DNA from: Myxococcota bacterium
GTDB taxonomy: Bacteria; Myxococcota_A; UBA9160; UBA6930
Direction of reading: 5' to 3'
Length of the DNA stretch: 64,000 nt
NCBI GenBank assembly: GCA_965223415.1
Contig: OZ245002.1
Location: forward strand, 1,312,001-1,376,000
In this document: positions 19,895 to 28,667 of the stretch, one piece after another
Position numbering within the stretch: the stretch's first letter is position 1
Layout: each line of letters opens with the position of its first letter
Notes under the pieces: generated by a model
The model's database searches: none
What the model was told of the DNA's origin: nothing
The model's input: only the letters and a program-made list of their open reading frames with translations
Position numbers and translations under genes: made by a program

Positions 19895-20635
19895 ATGCTG
19901 AAGCGCTCCCGCCGCTCGGTGCTGCTCCTGGACGTTGGCCGGAACCCGCTGGCGATCCTGGCCGCCCGCATCGGCCGGCTCGACTTCCGGGCGGTGCGCG
20001 CCAAGACCCCGGAAGAGGCCGTGCCGCTGCTGGCCGACCCCCGCTTCGCGATCGAGGCGATGGTCGTGCCGCCGGACGTGCCGGTTCCCGACCTCAAGGC
20101 GACGCTCTCCGCCCTGCGCCTGGCCGCACCCCGCGAACGGCTGCCGATCCTGGCGAGCCTGCCCCGCCGCACCCCCCGGCCCGAGCGGAATCGGCTGATC
20201 CAGGCGGGTGTCGACCTTCCGCTCTTCGAGCCGATCGACGCCCACAGCCTGCGCTTCCAGCTGAACCGCTCCGTCGCCGGCGAGATCCCCGCCCGCCGCG
20301 CCCGCGCCGGCCGGCGTGCGCCCTCGAGCCACGAGGTGCGGCTGCGCGTGCGGCGCCGCAAGCGTCAGGCGCGCCTCTACACCTTCTCGGCCCGGGGCGC
20401 CTTCCTCGTCTGCGAAGCGCCTTCGTTGCGCGGCAGCCGCCTCGAGCTGGAGCTCGGCCTGCCGGGCCTCCCCCGTCGCATCGCCGGCGAGGTGGTGATG
20501 ACCAACGTCGCCGGCAACGTCGGCCGCTCGAACCTCCCGCACGGCATGGCAATCCGCTTCGACCGCCTCACCGCCGACCACGAAGCCACCCTCGAGCTCC
20601 TCGTCGACAAGGTCCTGCGCCGCCTCGACCTCTAG
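19895..20635 (+). CDS. Degenerate receiver-like domain plus C-terminal PilZ domain protein
   Basis: C-terminal FSARGAFL...GEVV...GMAIRF PilZ pattern. SD GGAGG. Confidence 0.7.
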   Translation: MLKRSRRSVLLLDVGRNPLAILAARIGRLDFRAVRAKTPEEAVPLLADPRFAIEAMVVPPDVPVPDLKATLSALRLAAPRERLPILASLPRRTPRPERNRLIQAGVDLPLFEPIDAHSLRFQLNRSVAGEIPARRARAGRRAPSSHEVRLRVRRRKRQARLYTFSARGAFLVCEAPSLRGSRLELELGLPGLPRRIAGEVVMTNVAGNVGRSNLPHGMAIRFDRLTADHEATLELLVDKVLRRLDL

Positions 20636-20644
20636 CCCGGAAAG

Positions 20645-20679
20645 ACGCAAGACCGGGGACGTTCCTTGCAACTTGCATT
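20645..20679. repeat. Single degenerate REP-like unit, family A
   Basis: ACGCAAGACCGGGGACGTTCCTTGCAACTTGC closely matches the arm of the 63474 palindrome. Confidence 0.75.
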
Positions 20680-20703
20680 CTCGGACCGGGCTAGCATGGG
20701 CGC

Positions 20704-21507
20704 GTGTCGATCCTCCGCTACGACGAGGCCTTGCAGGCGCTGCTCCTCCTGAAGGGCCATCCCTACGATCGCAAGGCTCTGTCCGGCCTGTTCGAGAGCG
20801 ACCCCTCCGTCGTCGTGACCGCCGTCGAGCATCCGGCCGCCCAGCACTTCCTGGCCCCCGAGGCAGCGCAGCCCTACGACGCCCTGGTCTTCTACGACAT
20901 GCCCGGCATCGACTTCGCCAAGGGGAGCCCGCCCGGCTTCGTCGAGCCCTCGCGCGCGGTCCGCGAGGGCTTCGAGGCCCTGTTGGAGCGGGGAAAGGGG
21001 ATGGTCTTCCTGCATCACGCCGTTGCGGGCTGGCCCAGCTGGGAACGTTATGCGGAGGTCATGGGGGCCCGGTTCCTCTACGCCCCCGCCGAGATCGGCA
21101 GGCGGTCCTGGCCGGACTCCGGCTACCGGCACGACGTGCGCCACCGGCTCACGCCGGTCGATCCCGGCCATCCGGTGGCGCAGGGCCTCGATCAGGGCTT
21201 CGAGCTCACGGACGAGCTCTACCTCTGTCCGATCTTCGAGGACCGCGTCGAACCGCTCTTCCGCAGCGATGCCCGGTTCGAAGACGAGGCCTTCTACTCG
21301 AGCGCCGAGGCCCTGCGCGGCCGCATGCACTCCCGCGAGGGCTGGAGCCATCCGCCCGGCAGCGACCTGGCCGTCTGGTGCCGGCAGGAAGGCCGCAGCC
21401 GGATCGTCACGATTCTCGGGGGGGACGGCCCGCCGGCCTTGTCGAGCCCGGCCTTCGGGCGACTGGTGATGAACGCGATCCGCTTCGTCGCCGAGCCTGC
21501 CGCCTAG
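20704..21507 (+). CDS. ThuA-like domain protein
   Basis: YDALVFYDMPG, GMVFLHH, HPVAQGL...DELY. Confidence 0.8.
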   Translation: MSILRYDEALQALLLLKGHPYDRKALSGLFESDPSVVVTAVEHPAAQHFLAPEAAQPYDALVFYDMPGIDFAKGSPPGFVEPSRAVREGFEALLERGKGMVFLHHAVAGWPSWERYAEVMGARFLYAPAEIGRRSWPDSGYRHDVRHRLTPVDPGHPVAQGLDQGFELTDELYLCPIFEDRVEPLFRSDARFEDEAFYSSAEALRGRMHSREGWSHPPGSDLAVWCRQEGRSRIVTILGGDGPPALSSPAFGRLVMNAIRFVAEPAA

Positions 21508-21708
21508 CTGCACGTCGGCTGCACATCGGCTGCCGATGGCGGCCGAGATGCGAGCACCGGTGTCGAGAAAGGGGTCGATTCCACCCGGCGAGCTGCCGAT
21601 AGGACCCTCGACCGCCACGCCTTTCGAGTTACCGCGCGTGCCGGCCCGGGGTGGAGACGAGGGACGTCGCCGGCCGGGCCCTGCGCTCGCGGACCGGGAA
21701 GGACCCCC

Positions 21709-22356
21709 ATGCGCAGCCTGCTCCTCGCGCTGGCTCTCGTCCTCGCGGCCGCGCCGGCGACGGCCGCGACCATGATCACCAACCCCCTCGATCCGGCCCT
21801 CGCGGGCGCGACGGTGATCGACTTCGACGGCGAGTCGGACGGTACGAGCTTCGCCACGGCGTCCGTCGGCGCGCTCTCGATCCTGAGCAACACGAACCTG
21901 CTCCAGTTCGACGACGATTGGGCCGCGCAGTTCGGCACCACCGGAATCGCCCTCGAGACGCGCCTCGGCCCGGCGAACGACGATCTCGTGCTGACCTTCG
22001 CGGCCCCGGTGGCAGCCTTCGGCTTCGCCATCAACGCGCTCGACATCGACTTGACGATGAACCTCTACGACGGGATCGGGAACCTGGTCGACAGCTTCAC
22101 CATCGCGAACCAGCCCGGGCAGGGGCTCAGCGGCTTCGCCCGGCGCGGCTACGCGGGCGCCAGCTCCGCGGTGCCGATCGCCCGCCTGCAGATCGTCAAC
22201 GCGAGCCAGCACGATTGGTTCCTGATCGACGACGTCGCCTTTGTCGCCGCCGTGCCCGAGGTCGCGAGCACGATGCTGCTCGGCGTCGGGCTGCTCGGCC
22301 TCGCGCTGGCCGGGGGCCACGGCCCCCTGGGCCTGCGACGCGAGCGGGAGGGCTGA
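21709..22356 (+). CDS. Secreted protein with PEP-CTERM-like sorting signal
   Basis: Signal peptide, then C-terminal VPEVASTMLLGVGLLGLAL with a basic tail. Confidence 0.78.
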   Translation: MRSLLLALALVLAAAPATAATMITNPLDPALAGATVIDFDGESDGTSFATASVGALSILSNTNLLQFDDDWAAQFGTTGIALETRLGPANDDLVLTFAAPVAAFGFAINALDIDLTMNLYDGIGNLVDSFTIANQPGQGLSGFARRGYAGASSAVPIARLQIVNASQHDWFLIDDVAFVAAVPEVASTMLLGVGLLGLALAGGHGPLGLRREREG

Positions 22357-22430
22357 GCGCCGAGGGCGGGTGCCTGCCCCGCGGCGCTCGCACGCCGTGA
22401 GCAGGATTCGGCCGCGCTACGCTCGCGGCC

Positions 22431-23291
22431 ATGAGCCTCGGACGCATCGCCTCCCTCCACCGCCACCCGGTCAAGAGCATGCTCGGCGAGGACCGCCGAT
22501 CGGTCTTCCTGGGGCCCAACGGCATCCCCGGCGATCGCTCCTGGGCCGTTCGCGACGAGCAGCGCGGCGGCATCCGGGGCGGGAAGAAGATCCCGGAGCT
22601 GATGGGCTGCTCCGCTCGCTTTCCCGAAGAGCCAGCAGAGGAGCGCGTCCCCGCGCCGGAGATCCGTCTGCCGCATGGTGATGCCTTTCCGTGTGACGCC
22701 CCGGACGCCGCCTCGCGCCTCTCGGCGTTCCTGGGCCGGGAGGTCACGCTCTGGCCCCTCGTCCCCGCCGAGGCCCTCGAGCACTACCGCCGCGGCGCCC
22801 CCGACGACCCGGACTTCGAGAAGGAGCTGCGCGCGATCTTCGGCCGCCTGCCCGGCGAGCCGCTCCCGGACCTCGGCCGCTTTCCTCCCGAGCTCCTCCA
22901 GTACGAGTCGCCGCCGGGCACCTACTTCGACGCCTTTCCGCTCCTCCTGATCACCCGCGCCTCCCTCGCCTCGATGCAGGCGGCGCGCCCCGACGCACGA
23001 TTCGACCCGCGCCGCTTCCGCCCGAACCTCGTGGTCGAGGACACGGGCGACGAGGCCTTCCCGGAGCTCGCCTGGTCCGGCCGCCGCCTGCGTGTCGGAG
23101 GCGCCGTGATTCGCGTCGAGATGGAGTGCCCGCGCTGCGTGATGACGACCCACGGCTTCGCCGACCTTCCGAAGGACCCGGGGATCATGCGGGCCCTCGT
23201 GAAGGAGACCGGCGGAAACCTCGGCGCCTACGCCAGCGTCGAGGAGCCCGGCGAAGTTGGGGTCGGCGACGAGCTCACCCTCGCCGACTGA
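22431..23291 (+). CDS. MOSC domain protein
   Basis: HPVKSMLGE, GDRSWAV, RRFRPNLVV, CPRC. Confidence 0.92.
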   Translation: MSLGRIASLHRHPVKSMLGEDRRSVFLGPNGIPGDRSWAVRDEQRGGIRGGKKIPELMGCSARFPEEPAEERVPAPEIRLPHGDAFPCDAPDAASRLSAFLGREVTLWPLVPAEALEHYRRGAPDDPDFEKELRAIFGRLPGEPLPDLGRFPPELLQYESPPGTYFDAFPLLLITRASLASMQAARPDARFDPRRFRPNLVVEDTGDEAFPELAWSGRRLRVGGAVIRVEMECPRCVMTTHGFADLPKDPGIMRALVKETGGNLGAYASVEEPGEVGVGDELTLAD

Positions 23292-23309
23292 CGCCCCTGA
23301 CAAGCGCGC

Positions 23310-23343
23310 CAACGCAAGGAACGGAACCGGCCCCCAACGCAAC
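23310..23343. repeat. 34-bp REP-like element, family B
   Basis: CAACGCAAGGAACGGAACCGGCCCCCAACGCAAC. Reverse complement nearly identical to 51445-51478. Confidence 0.8.
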
Positions 23344-23352
23344 GAGCTCCGC

Positions 23353-24600
23353 CTAGCGTTTGGCTTCCCGGCCGAAGAGGATGCCGGCCACCCGTCGGAT
23401 CTGGATCTCCTCGGAGCCCTCGGTGATCCGGTAGCGCCGATGGTGGCGGTAGATGTGCTCGAAGGGCTTGTGCCGCGTGTAGCCGATGCCGCCGTGCACC
23501 TGGATGGCCTGGTCCGCGGCGTTGCAGACGAGCCGGTTCGCCCGGTAGTTGCACATGGAGACCTTGTCGGTGACGTCCATGTGGTGCTCGCGGTCGAGCT
23601 GCCAGGCGGTCTTGTAGACCAGGTTGCGCACCATCTCGCACTCGGTCTGGAGCTCGGCCAGCGGGAACTGGATGGCCTGGTTCTGCCACAGGGGCTTGCC
23701 GAAGACCACCCGCTCGCGGGCGTAGGCCACGCTCTCGTCGATGCAGTACTGGGCCGCGCCCACCCCCGATGCCGCCTGCCGGATGCGGTTCTCGTGGACG
23801 AAGGTCTGGGCCAGGGCGAGGCCCCTGCCCTCCTCGCCGAAGATGGACGCGTCCGGCACGCGCACGTCGCTGAGCGTCACCTCCGGGTGGTCGCTCGGCA
23901 TGTTGAAGGTCCACCACATGAACTCGACCTTGAAGCCAGGCGTGTCCACCGGCACGAGGAAGCAGGTGATGCCGTTCGCCTGGCCCGGCTCGCCGGAGGT
24001 GCGAGCGAAGACCATGTCGTGGGTGGCGTGGTGCAGCCCCGAGTTGAAGCGCTTGGCGCCGTTGATCACCCACTCGTTCCCGTCGCGAACGCCGAGGGTC
24101 TCGAGCCAGGTGGCGTCGCTCCCGTGGTTCGGCTCGGTCAGGCCGAAGCCCACGCGCGCCTTGCCGGTGAATGAAGCCTCCAGGAACTCCGCCTTCTGCT
24201 CTTCGGTCCCGAAGCGATCCATCATGATCGCGAAGGGGAAGTTCCCGACGATCGACGACTCGTTCTGGAGGTCGTTGTGGAGCCCCAGGCCCTTGGCCGC
24301 CAGGTGCTCGCGGATCACCGCCATCGCGAGGTTCGAGCCGCCGCCGCCGCCCAGCTCCTTGGGCAGGCCGTAGCGGAGGTGGCCGGCGGCGTCGGCGCGG
24401 CGCCGCATCTCGGCGAGGAGCGCCTCCCACTCGGGCCGCGGCTGGCCATCGTTCTCGAAGTCGGTCCGCGCCCACTCGCGCCGGTGGTCGAAGAAGCGGA
24501 CGTTGTCGTCCTGCTCCTGGAGCGGCTCGATCTCGCGCTCGATGAACTCGTCCAGCTCGTCCAGCTTGCGCCGGATGTCCTCGGGAATTGCGAAGTCCAT
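23353..24600 (-). CDS. Acyl-CoA dehydrogenase
   Basis: FGLTEPNHGSDA, INGAKRF, QVHGGIGY, ITEGSEEIQ. Confidence 0.94.
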   Translation of the reverse strand: MDFAIPEDIRRKLDELDEFIEREIEPLQEQDDNVRFFDHRREWARTDFENDGQPRPEWEALLAEMRRRADAAGHLRYGLPKELGGGGGSNLAMAVIREHLAAKGLGLHNDLQNESSIVGNFPFAIMMDRFGTEEQKAEFLEASFTGKARVGFGLTEPNHGSDATWLETLGVRDGNEWVINGAKRFNSGLHHATHDMVFARTSGEPGQANGITCFLVPVDTPGFKVEFMWWTFNMPSDHPEVTLSDVRVPDASIFGEEGRGLALAQTFVHENRIRQAASGVGAAQYCIDESVAYARERVVFGKPLWQNQAIQFPLAELQTECEMVRNLVYKTAWQLDREHHMDVTDKVSMCNYRANRLVCNAADQAIQVHGGIGYTRHKPFEHIYRHHRRYRITEGSEEIQIRRVAGILFGREAKR

Positions 24601-24625
24601 GGGCGCGGATGCTACCGCGGATGGA

Positions 24626-25015
24626 TCACGTGTCCTTGAGCTCGATGAGGATCTCGCGGTAGGTCTTCTCGCCGACGTTCAGCGCCCACTCGGTACCGCC
24701 CTTGGGGACCGGCACAGTGTTGCCCTCGGCCGGAACGATGCCGACGAACGGCTCCATCGGGTTGCCCAGCGGCGGGATGCCGGCCACCAGGTCGCCGGAC
24801 CAGATCGCCAGGTAGTAGTCGTGCTCATGGTGGTGCAGGTCGCTGGCCTCGCCGGGCTCGAGGATCATCTCCCAGATCTTCACCCGGTCATCCTCGAACA
24901 GCACCTGGGTTCCGACGCCGCCGATCGGGTCGTCCTTGTGGTCCTCGCGGAACTTCTCGATCCGCTCCTTCATCTCGGGGGTGATCTCGGCGTACTGGGG
25001 CTCGCTGTACTTCAC
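24626..25015 (-). CDS. Cupin-fold protein
   Basis: LFEDDRVKIWEMILEPGEASDLHHHEHDY...EILIELK. Confidence 0.78.
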   Translation of the reverse strand: MKYSEPQYAEITPEMKERIEKFREDHKDDPIGGVGTQVLFEDDRVKIWEMILEPGEASDLHHHEHDYYLAIWSGDLVAGIPPLGNPMEPFVGIVPAEGNTVPVPKGGTEWALNVGEKTYREILIELKDT

Positions 25016-25075
25016 GGCACTCTCCTGCGATGCGTGGAAACCGGGCCGGCATGGTAGCCGCCTGCGCCCGGGCTC

Positions 25076-25510
25076 CTAGGGCCGGTCGCCGTCCGCCTCC
25101 AGGATCTCGAGCTCCGGGCCGGCGCGCTCGATCGGCCGGGTGTGGCTGCAGGAGTCGGTGCGCCAGCGCCCGTCCTCACTCCGGTAGGCGAGCAGCAGGT
25201 AGCGCCGGCGCCGCTCGAAGACCACGCCGCAGGCCGCGGGCACGGTGCCGGCCCGGACCGAGAGCTCCCGACCCGGGGCGACCCCGCCCTTCCAGACGCG
25301 GACGAGCAGCATCGACGTGGTCGCGGCCTGGGCCTCGACCTCCGGGGCCACCGGCGACGCGTCCCCGGCCTCGACCTCGGCCACGAGCTCGGCCCGCTCG
25401 ATGGCCTCGGCGGGGCTCATCTCGGCACAGGAGCAGGCGCGGCCGGGCGAAGGCGGGGCCCAGGCGCAGAGGGCGAGCCCGAGGGCCAGGAGGGGAAGGT
25501 GTCGGGTCAT
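25076..25510 (-). CDS. Secreted TIMP/NTR-like small protein
   Basis: Signal peptide then ACSC, VWKG, AACG, YLL, C-terminal CSHT. Confidence 0.65.
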   Translation of the reverse strand: MTRHLPLLALGLALCAWAPPSPGRACSCAEMSPAEAIERAELVAEVEAGDASPVAPEVEAQAATTSMLLVRVWKGGVAPGRELSVRAGTVPAACGVVFERRRRYLLLAYRSEDGRWRTDSCSHTRPIERAGPELEILEADGDRP

Positions 25511-25730
25511 GGGGGCACTCTACGGGGCGGGGCACGGATGCGGTGGAAAGGGAACGGCCGTTCCCACGCGACGGAAGAGCTTTCCGCCGGCCGTCCCTGT
25601 GCCCCCTTGAGACGCCCCGTACTCGTCTGCCTGCTCGTCCTCGGACTGGCCCCCCGCGGGGGCCGGCCAGTCCCCTGGACGCCATCACCCCAGGCGACTT
25701 CAACACCTGGATCGGCGCGCTCGCGTCGGT

Positions 25731-25964
25731 GAAGACGAGCGGGTTGTCACCGAAGTCGTCGAAGGTGACGAGGGGCGCCGGCGAGGTGAGGGCGTCCTTC
25801 GCCTCCTGCACGCCGAGCATCAGCTCCTCCACCCGATCGGGATCGGTGCCGTAGATCACGCCCACGGTCATGTTCGCGCGGATCACCTCGTCGGTGAGGG
25901 TCCAGTTCACCACCGGGTGCTCCACCAGGTGGGTGTTCGGCACCAGCATGTCGATGCCGTCGTC
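25731..25964 (-). pseudogene. Internal fragment of an MscS-family mechanosensitive channel gene
   Basis: DGIDMLVPNTHLVEHPVVNWTLTD...VGVIYGTDPDRV...PAPLVTFDDFGDNPLVF. No TM domain and no proper start. Confidence 0.8.
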
Positions 25965-26199
25965 GAGACGTTTCTCCGCCGGCCGCTGCCAGGGGAGCGG
26001 GAGCCAACAGCCCCAACGCCCACCCCGACGCGAGGAGCAGTGCCACCGCGCGTGTTCCGATTCCCGCCCGCTTCCATGCGATCGTGCGACTCGACTCCCG
26101 GGCCCAAGATACGCGCGCCGCCGCAGCGCTGCGAAGTAGGCCGCAGCAGGGCGTTCGTTGGGCCGTGGTACTATGCACAGCCCGCCGGAGGTGCTGGAG

Positions 26200-27423
26200 A
26201 TGCAAGGCGATCGATGGAGCGACGCCATGCTGGACCGGATGCGCGAGATCGGCGACGGCCCGGCGGACGAGGTCGTGCGCAAGGCCTTCGAGAGCGGCCA
26301 GATCCAGCGCATCCAGGACCTGCTCGGCGAGCTGGTCGACAACGACGACCATCCCGAGGGCTCCATTCCCGCCGCGCTCTACCAGATGCTGGACGACAGC
26401 GACGCACCCCTCGAAGGCGTTCCCCAGGAGCTTCTGGAGCGCGGCCAGCAGGTCTTCGTGGAGTACGGACCCGAGATCCTGCTGGTGCTGCTCTGCTACT
26501 CCCTGCCGGCCTCCTACGCGGCCCGCAAGGGCGTTCAGGTGCTCCACCGCACCGGTTACCTCCGGGGCCGGCCGAACCGACGCATCTACGAGACAGCGCA
26601 GATGATCATCGACGTCATGTCGCCCGGCGGCCTCGGCCCCGACGGACGCGGCGTCCGCTCGGCCCTGAAGGTGCGGCTGATGCATGCCGCCGTACGCCAC
26701 CTGATCCTCCACGACGAAGAGAACCCGTGGGATCCGTCGCTAGGCGTTCCGATCAACCAGGAGGACCTCGCCGGCACCCTCAGCACCTTCACCTACGTGA
26801 TCATGGAAGGCCTGGCCAAGCTCGAGATCGAGGTGCCGCCGGAGGCGCAGCAGTCCTACCTCGATACCTGGGGTGTGGTCGGTCGCATGATGGGCGTCCT
26901 TCCCGAGCTGATTCCCAGCGACATGGCGGAGGCGAAGGAGCTCACAGAGCGGATCCAGGACCGCCAGATCCAGACCTGCACCGAAGGAAAGGAGATGACC
27001 GACGCGCTGCTGACGATGCTGGAAGGGAACATCCCGGGGCGCGCCTTCGACGGCTTCGCCGCGGGCCTGATCCGGCACTTCCTGCCGGCCCAGGTCGCCG
27101 ACGGCCTCGGCGTGCCGGAGCATCGCATGGCCGAGCGCATGGCGGACGCCTTCGCCCATCTCGCGGGCGAGATCGACGAGTTCGTCCACGCCTCCGAGAA
27201 GCGCCTCCACGCCTTCCGCCGCTTCAGCCTCCACCTGATCGAGTGGCTCCTGGCCGTCGAGCGGGGCGGGAAGCGCGCCAGCTTCCAGCTCCCCGTCGAG
27301 CTCCGCGAGTCCTGGGAGCTCTCGGATCCGGCCCAGGAGGACACCTTCTGGGAGCTCCTGGCCGATTTTGGCAGGCGCTGGATGCGGCGACTCTTCGGCC
27401 GCTGGCGCGGAGCGGCGAGCTGA
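26200..27423 (+). CDS. Oxygenase MpaB/DUF2236 (Lcp-like) family protein
   Basis: YSLPASYAA, RRIYET, VRLMHAAVR, GVPINQEDLAGT. Start at ATG 26200 (SD GGAGG) or 26173. Confidence 0.85.
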   Translation: MQGDRWSDAMLDRMREIGDGPADEVVRKAFESGQIQRIQDLLGELVDNDDHPEGSIPAALYQMLDDSDAPLEGVPQELLERGQQVFVEYGPEILLVLLCYSLPASYAARKGVQVLHRTGYLRGRPNRRIYETAQMIIDVMSPGGLGPDGRGVRSALKVRLMHAAVRHLILHDEENPWDPSLGVPINQEDLAGTLSTFTYVIMEGLAKLEIEVPPEAQQSYLDTWGVVGRMMGVLPELIPSDMAEAKELTERIQDRQIQTCTEGKEMTDALLTMLEGNIPGRAFDGFAAGLIRHFLPAQVADGLGVPEHRMAERMADAFAHLAGEIDEFVHASEKRLHAFRRFSLHLIEWLLAVERGGKRASFQLPVELRESWELSDPAQEDTFWELLADFGRRWMRRLFGRWRGAAS

Positions 27424-27434
27424 GCCCGGATCGT

Positions 27435-27680
27435 GTGAAGGTCGTCGACCAGCTCGCCGACGGCCTCGACACCCTCCCCCAGGACCTGGAGACGCTCCAT
27501 CAGGTACGCGACGGCCACCTGAAGCGCCTGCTGTGGGACCACATGCGCAAGTCGATCCACGACTACGTGCCGGGGACACCGCGGCGGAGCGAATGCGCGG
27601 CGTGATCGACTACATCGCCGAGAACCTGATCGGCGACGACGAGCTGGCCGAACGCATCCGACGGAGGAGAGCTGATGTGA
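27435..27680 (+). pseudogene. Frameshifted coding fragment of unknown family
   Basis: VKVVDQLADGLDTL...SIHDYVPG continues as DTAAERMRGVIDYIAENLIGDDELAERIRR after a one-base shift in a G4 run. Native codon bias. Confidence 0.5.
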
Positions 27681-27681
27681 T

Positions 27682-28518
27682 TCAGGCGGGCTTCGCCGCC
27701 TGGGCCTTGAGCTTGTCGACGCAGGGCTCGCACAGCCCGTGGGTGAACTGGGCGTCGGAGTGCTTCTCGACGTAGAGCTCGAGCTGGTTCCAGTAGCCGC
27801 CGTCGTCGCGGATGCTCTTGCAGCTGGCGCAGATCGGCAGCAGGCCCGACAGCGAGTTGATGCGCGAGACCAGCTGCATCGCACGGAACACCACCGCGGC
27901 ACCGGCGAGCAGCCCGCCGGTCGTGAGCAGGGCAACGAGCAGGATCGCCCGCCGCTGGTCCGCGTCGAGACGCAGGCGCTCGGAAGCCGCGCGCTCGGAG
28001 GCTCCGGCCAGCACCGCGCGGAGCGCCTCTTCGAAACCGGCGCTGGCGTGCTCGGCGGCGGCGGTGCGCGCCCGCGCCTCCTTCCGGCGCCCGGCCGCGA
28101 GCGCCGCGAACACCTCGCGCCCTCGCTCCGCGTAGGCGTTGTGGGCCAGGTCGAGCTCGGCGACCGGCGCCAGCAGGTCGGTGGGAGCGTCCGCCAGCGA
28201 GAGCTCGGTCCGCACCTCCCGGAGCCCCTCCCAGATGCGCGCCGCGCGCTCCTCGAAGCGTTGCTCGGCCGGGGACGCCCCCTGCGTCGCGCGGGCCTCC
28301 CAGAGCGCCCGCTCCAGGGCCGCGACCTGGGCCAGGTGCCCCGCTGCCACCTGGCTCAGGGTCTCGCTCACCTCGAGCTCAAGCCGGGTGGCGTCCTGAC
28401 CGCGCCGGGCGACGCGATCGAGGGCCCAGATCGAGACCGCCGAGGAGGCGCCACCGAGCACGATGGCGCCGACCAGCAGGGTGAAGATCCGGTCGCGGAG
28501 GGACAGCTGACTCAGCAT
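27682..28518 (-). CDS. Membrane sensor-like protein: TM, helical periplasmic domain, TM, Cys-rich C-terminal domain
   Basis: Two TM helices. C-terminus LPICASCKSIRDDGGYWNQLE...FTHGLCEPC. Confidence 0.8.
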   Translation of the reverse strand: MLSQLSLRDRIFTLLVGAIVLGGASSAVSIWALDRVARRGQDATRLELEVSETLSQVAAGHLAQVAALERALWEARATQGASPAEQRFEERAARIWEGLREVRTELSLADAPTDLLAPVAELDLAHNAYAERGREVFAALAAGRRKEARARTAAAEHASAGFEEALRAVLAGASERAASERLRLDADQRRAILLVALLTTGGLLAGAAVVFRAMQLVSRINSLSGLLPICASCKSIRDDGGYWNQLELYVEKHSDAQFTHGLCEPCVDKLKAQAAKPA

Positions 28519-28525
28519 GGACCTA

Positions 28526-28553
28526 GGGATAGACGCAATGCGTCAAAAGTCAA
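28526..28553 (-). promoter_or_regulatory. Candidate promoter TTGACT-N16-TATCCC with palindrome GACGCA-A-TGCGTC in the spacer
   Basis: AT-richer intergenic region. The -10-like box lies 7 nt from ATG 28518. Confidence 0.4.
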
Positions 28554-28667
28554 CCGGGATGTTTCCCTTTAGAAATCTGATGCTTATGATCGCCTTGGGG
28601 ACGGAGGGTTCACCGGGTGCGTCACCAGATCCCCCGGGGACCTGGGCGGGCGGGGTATCGTCGGGCC

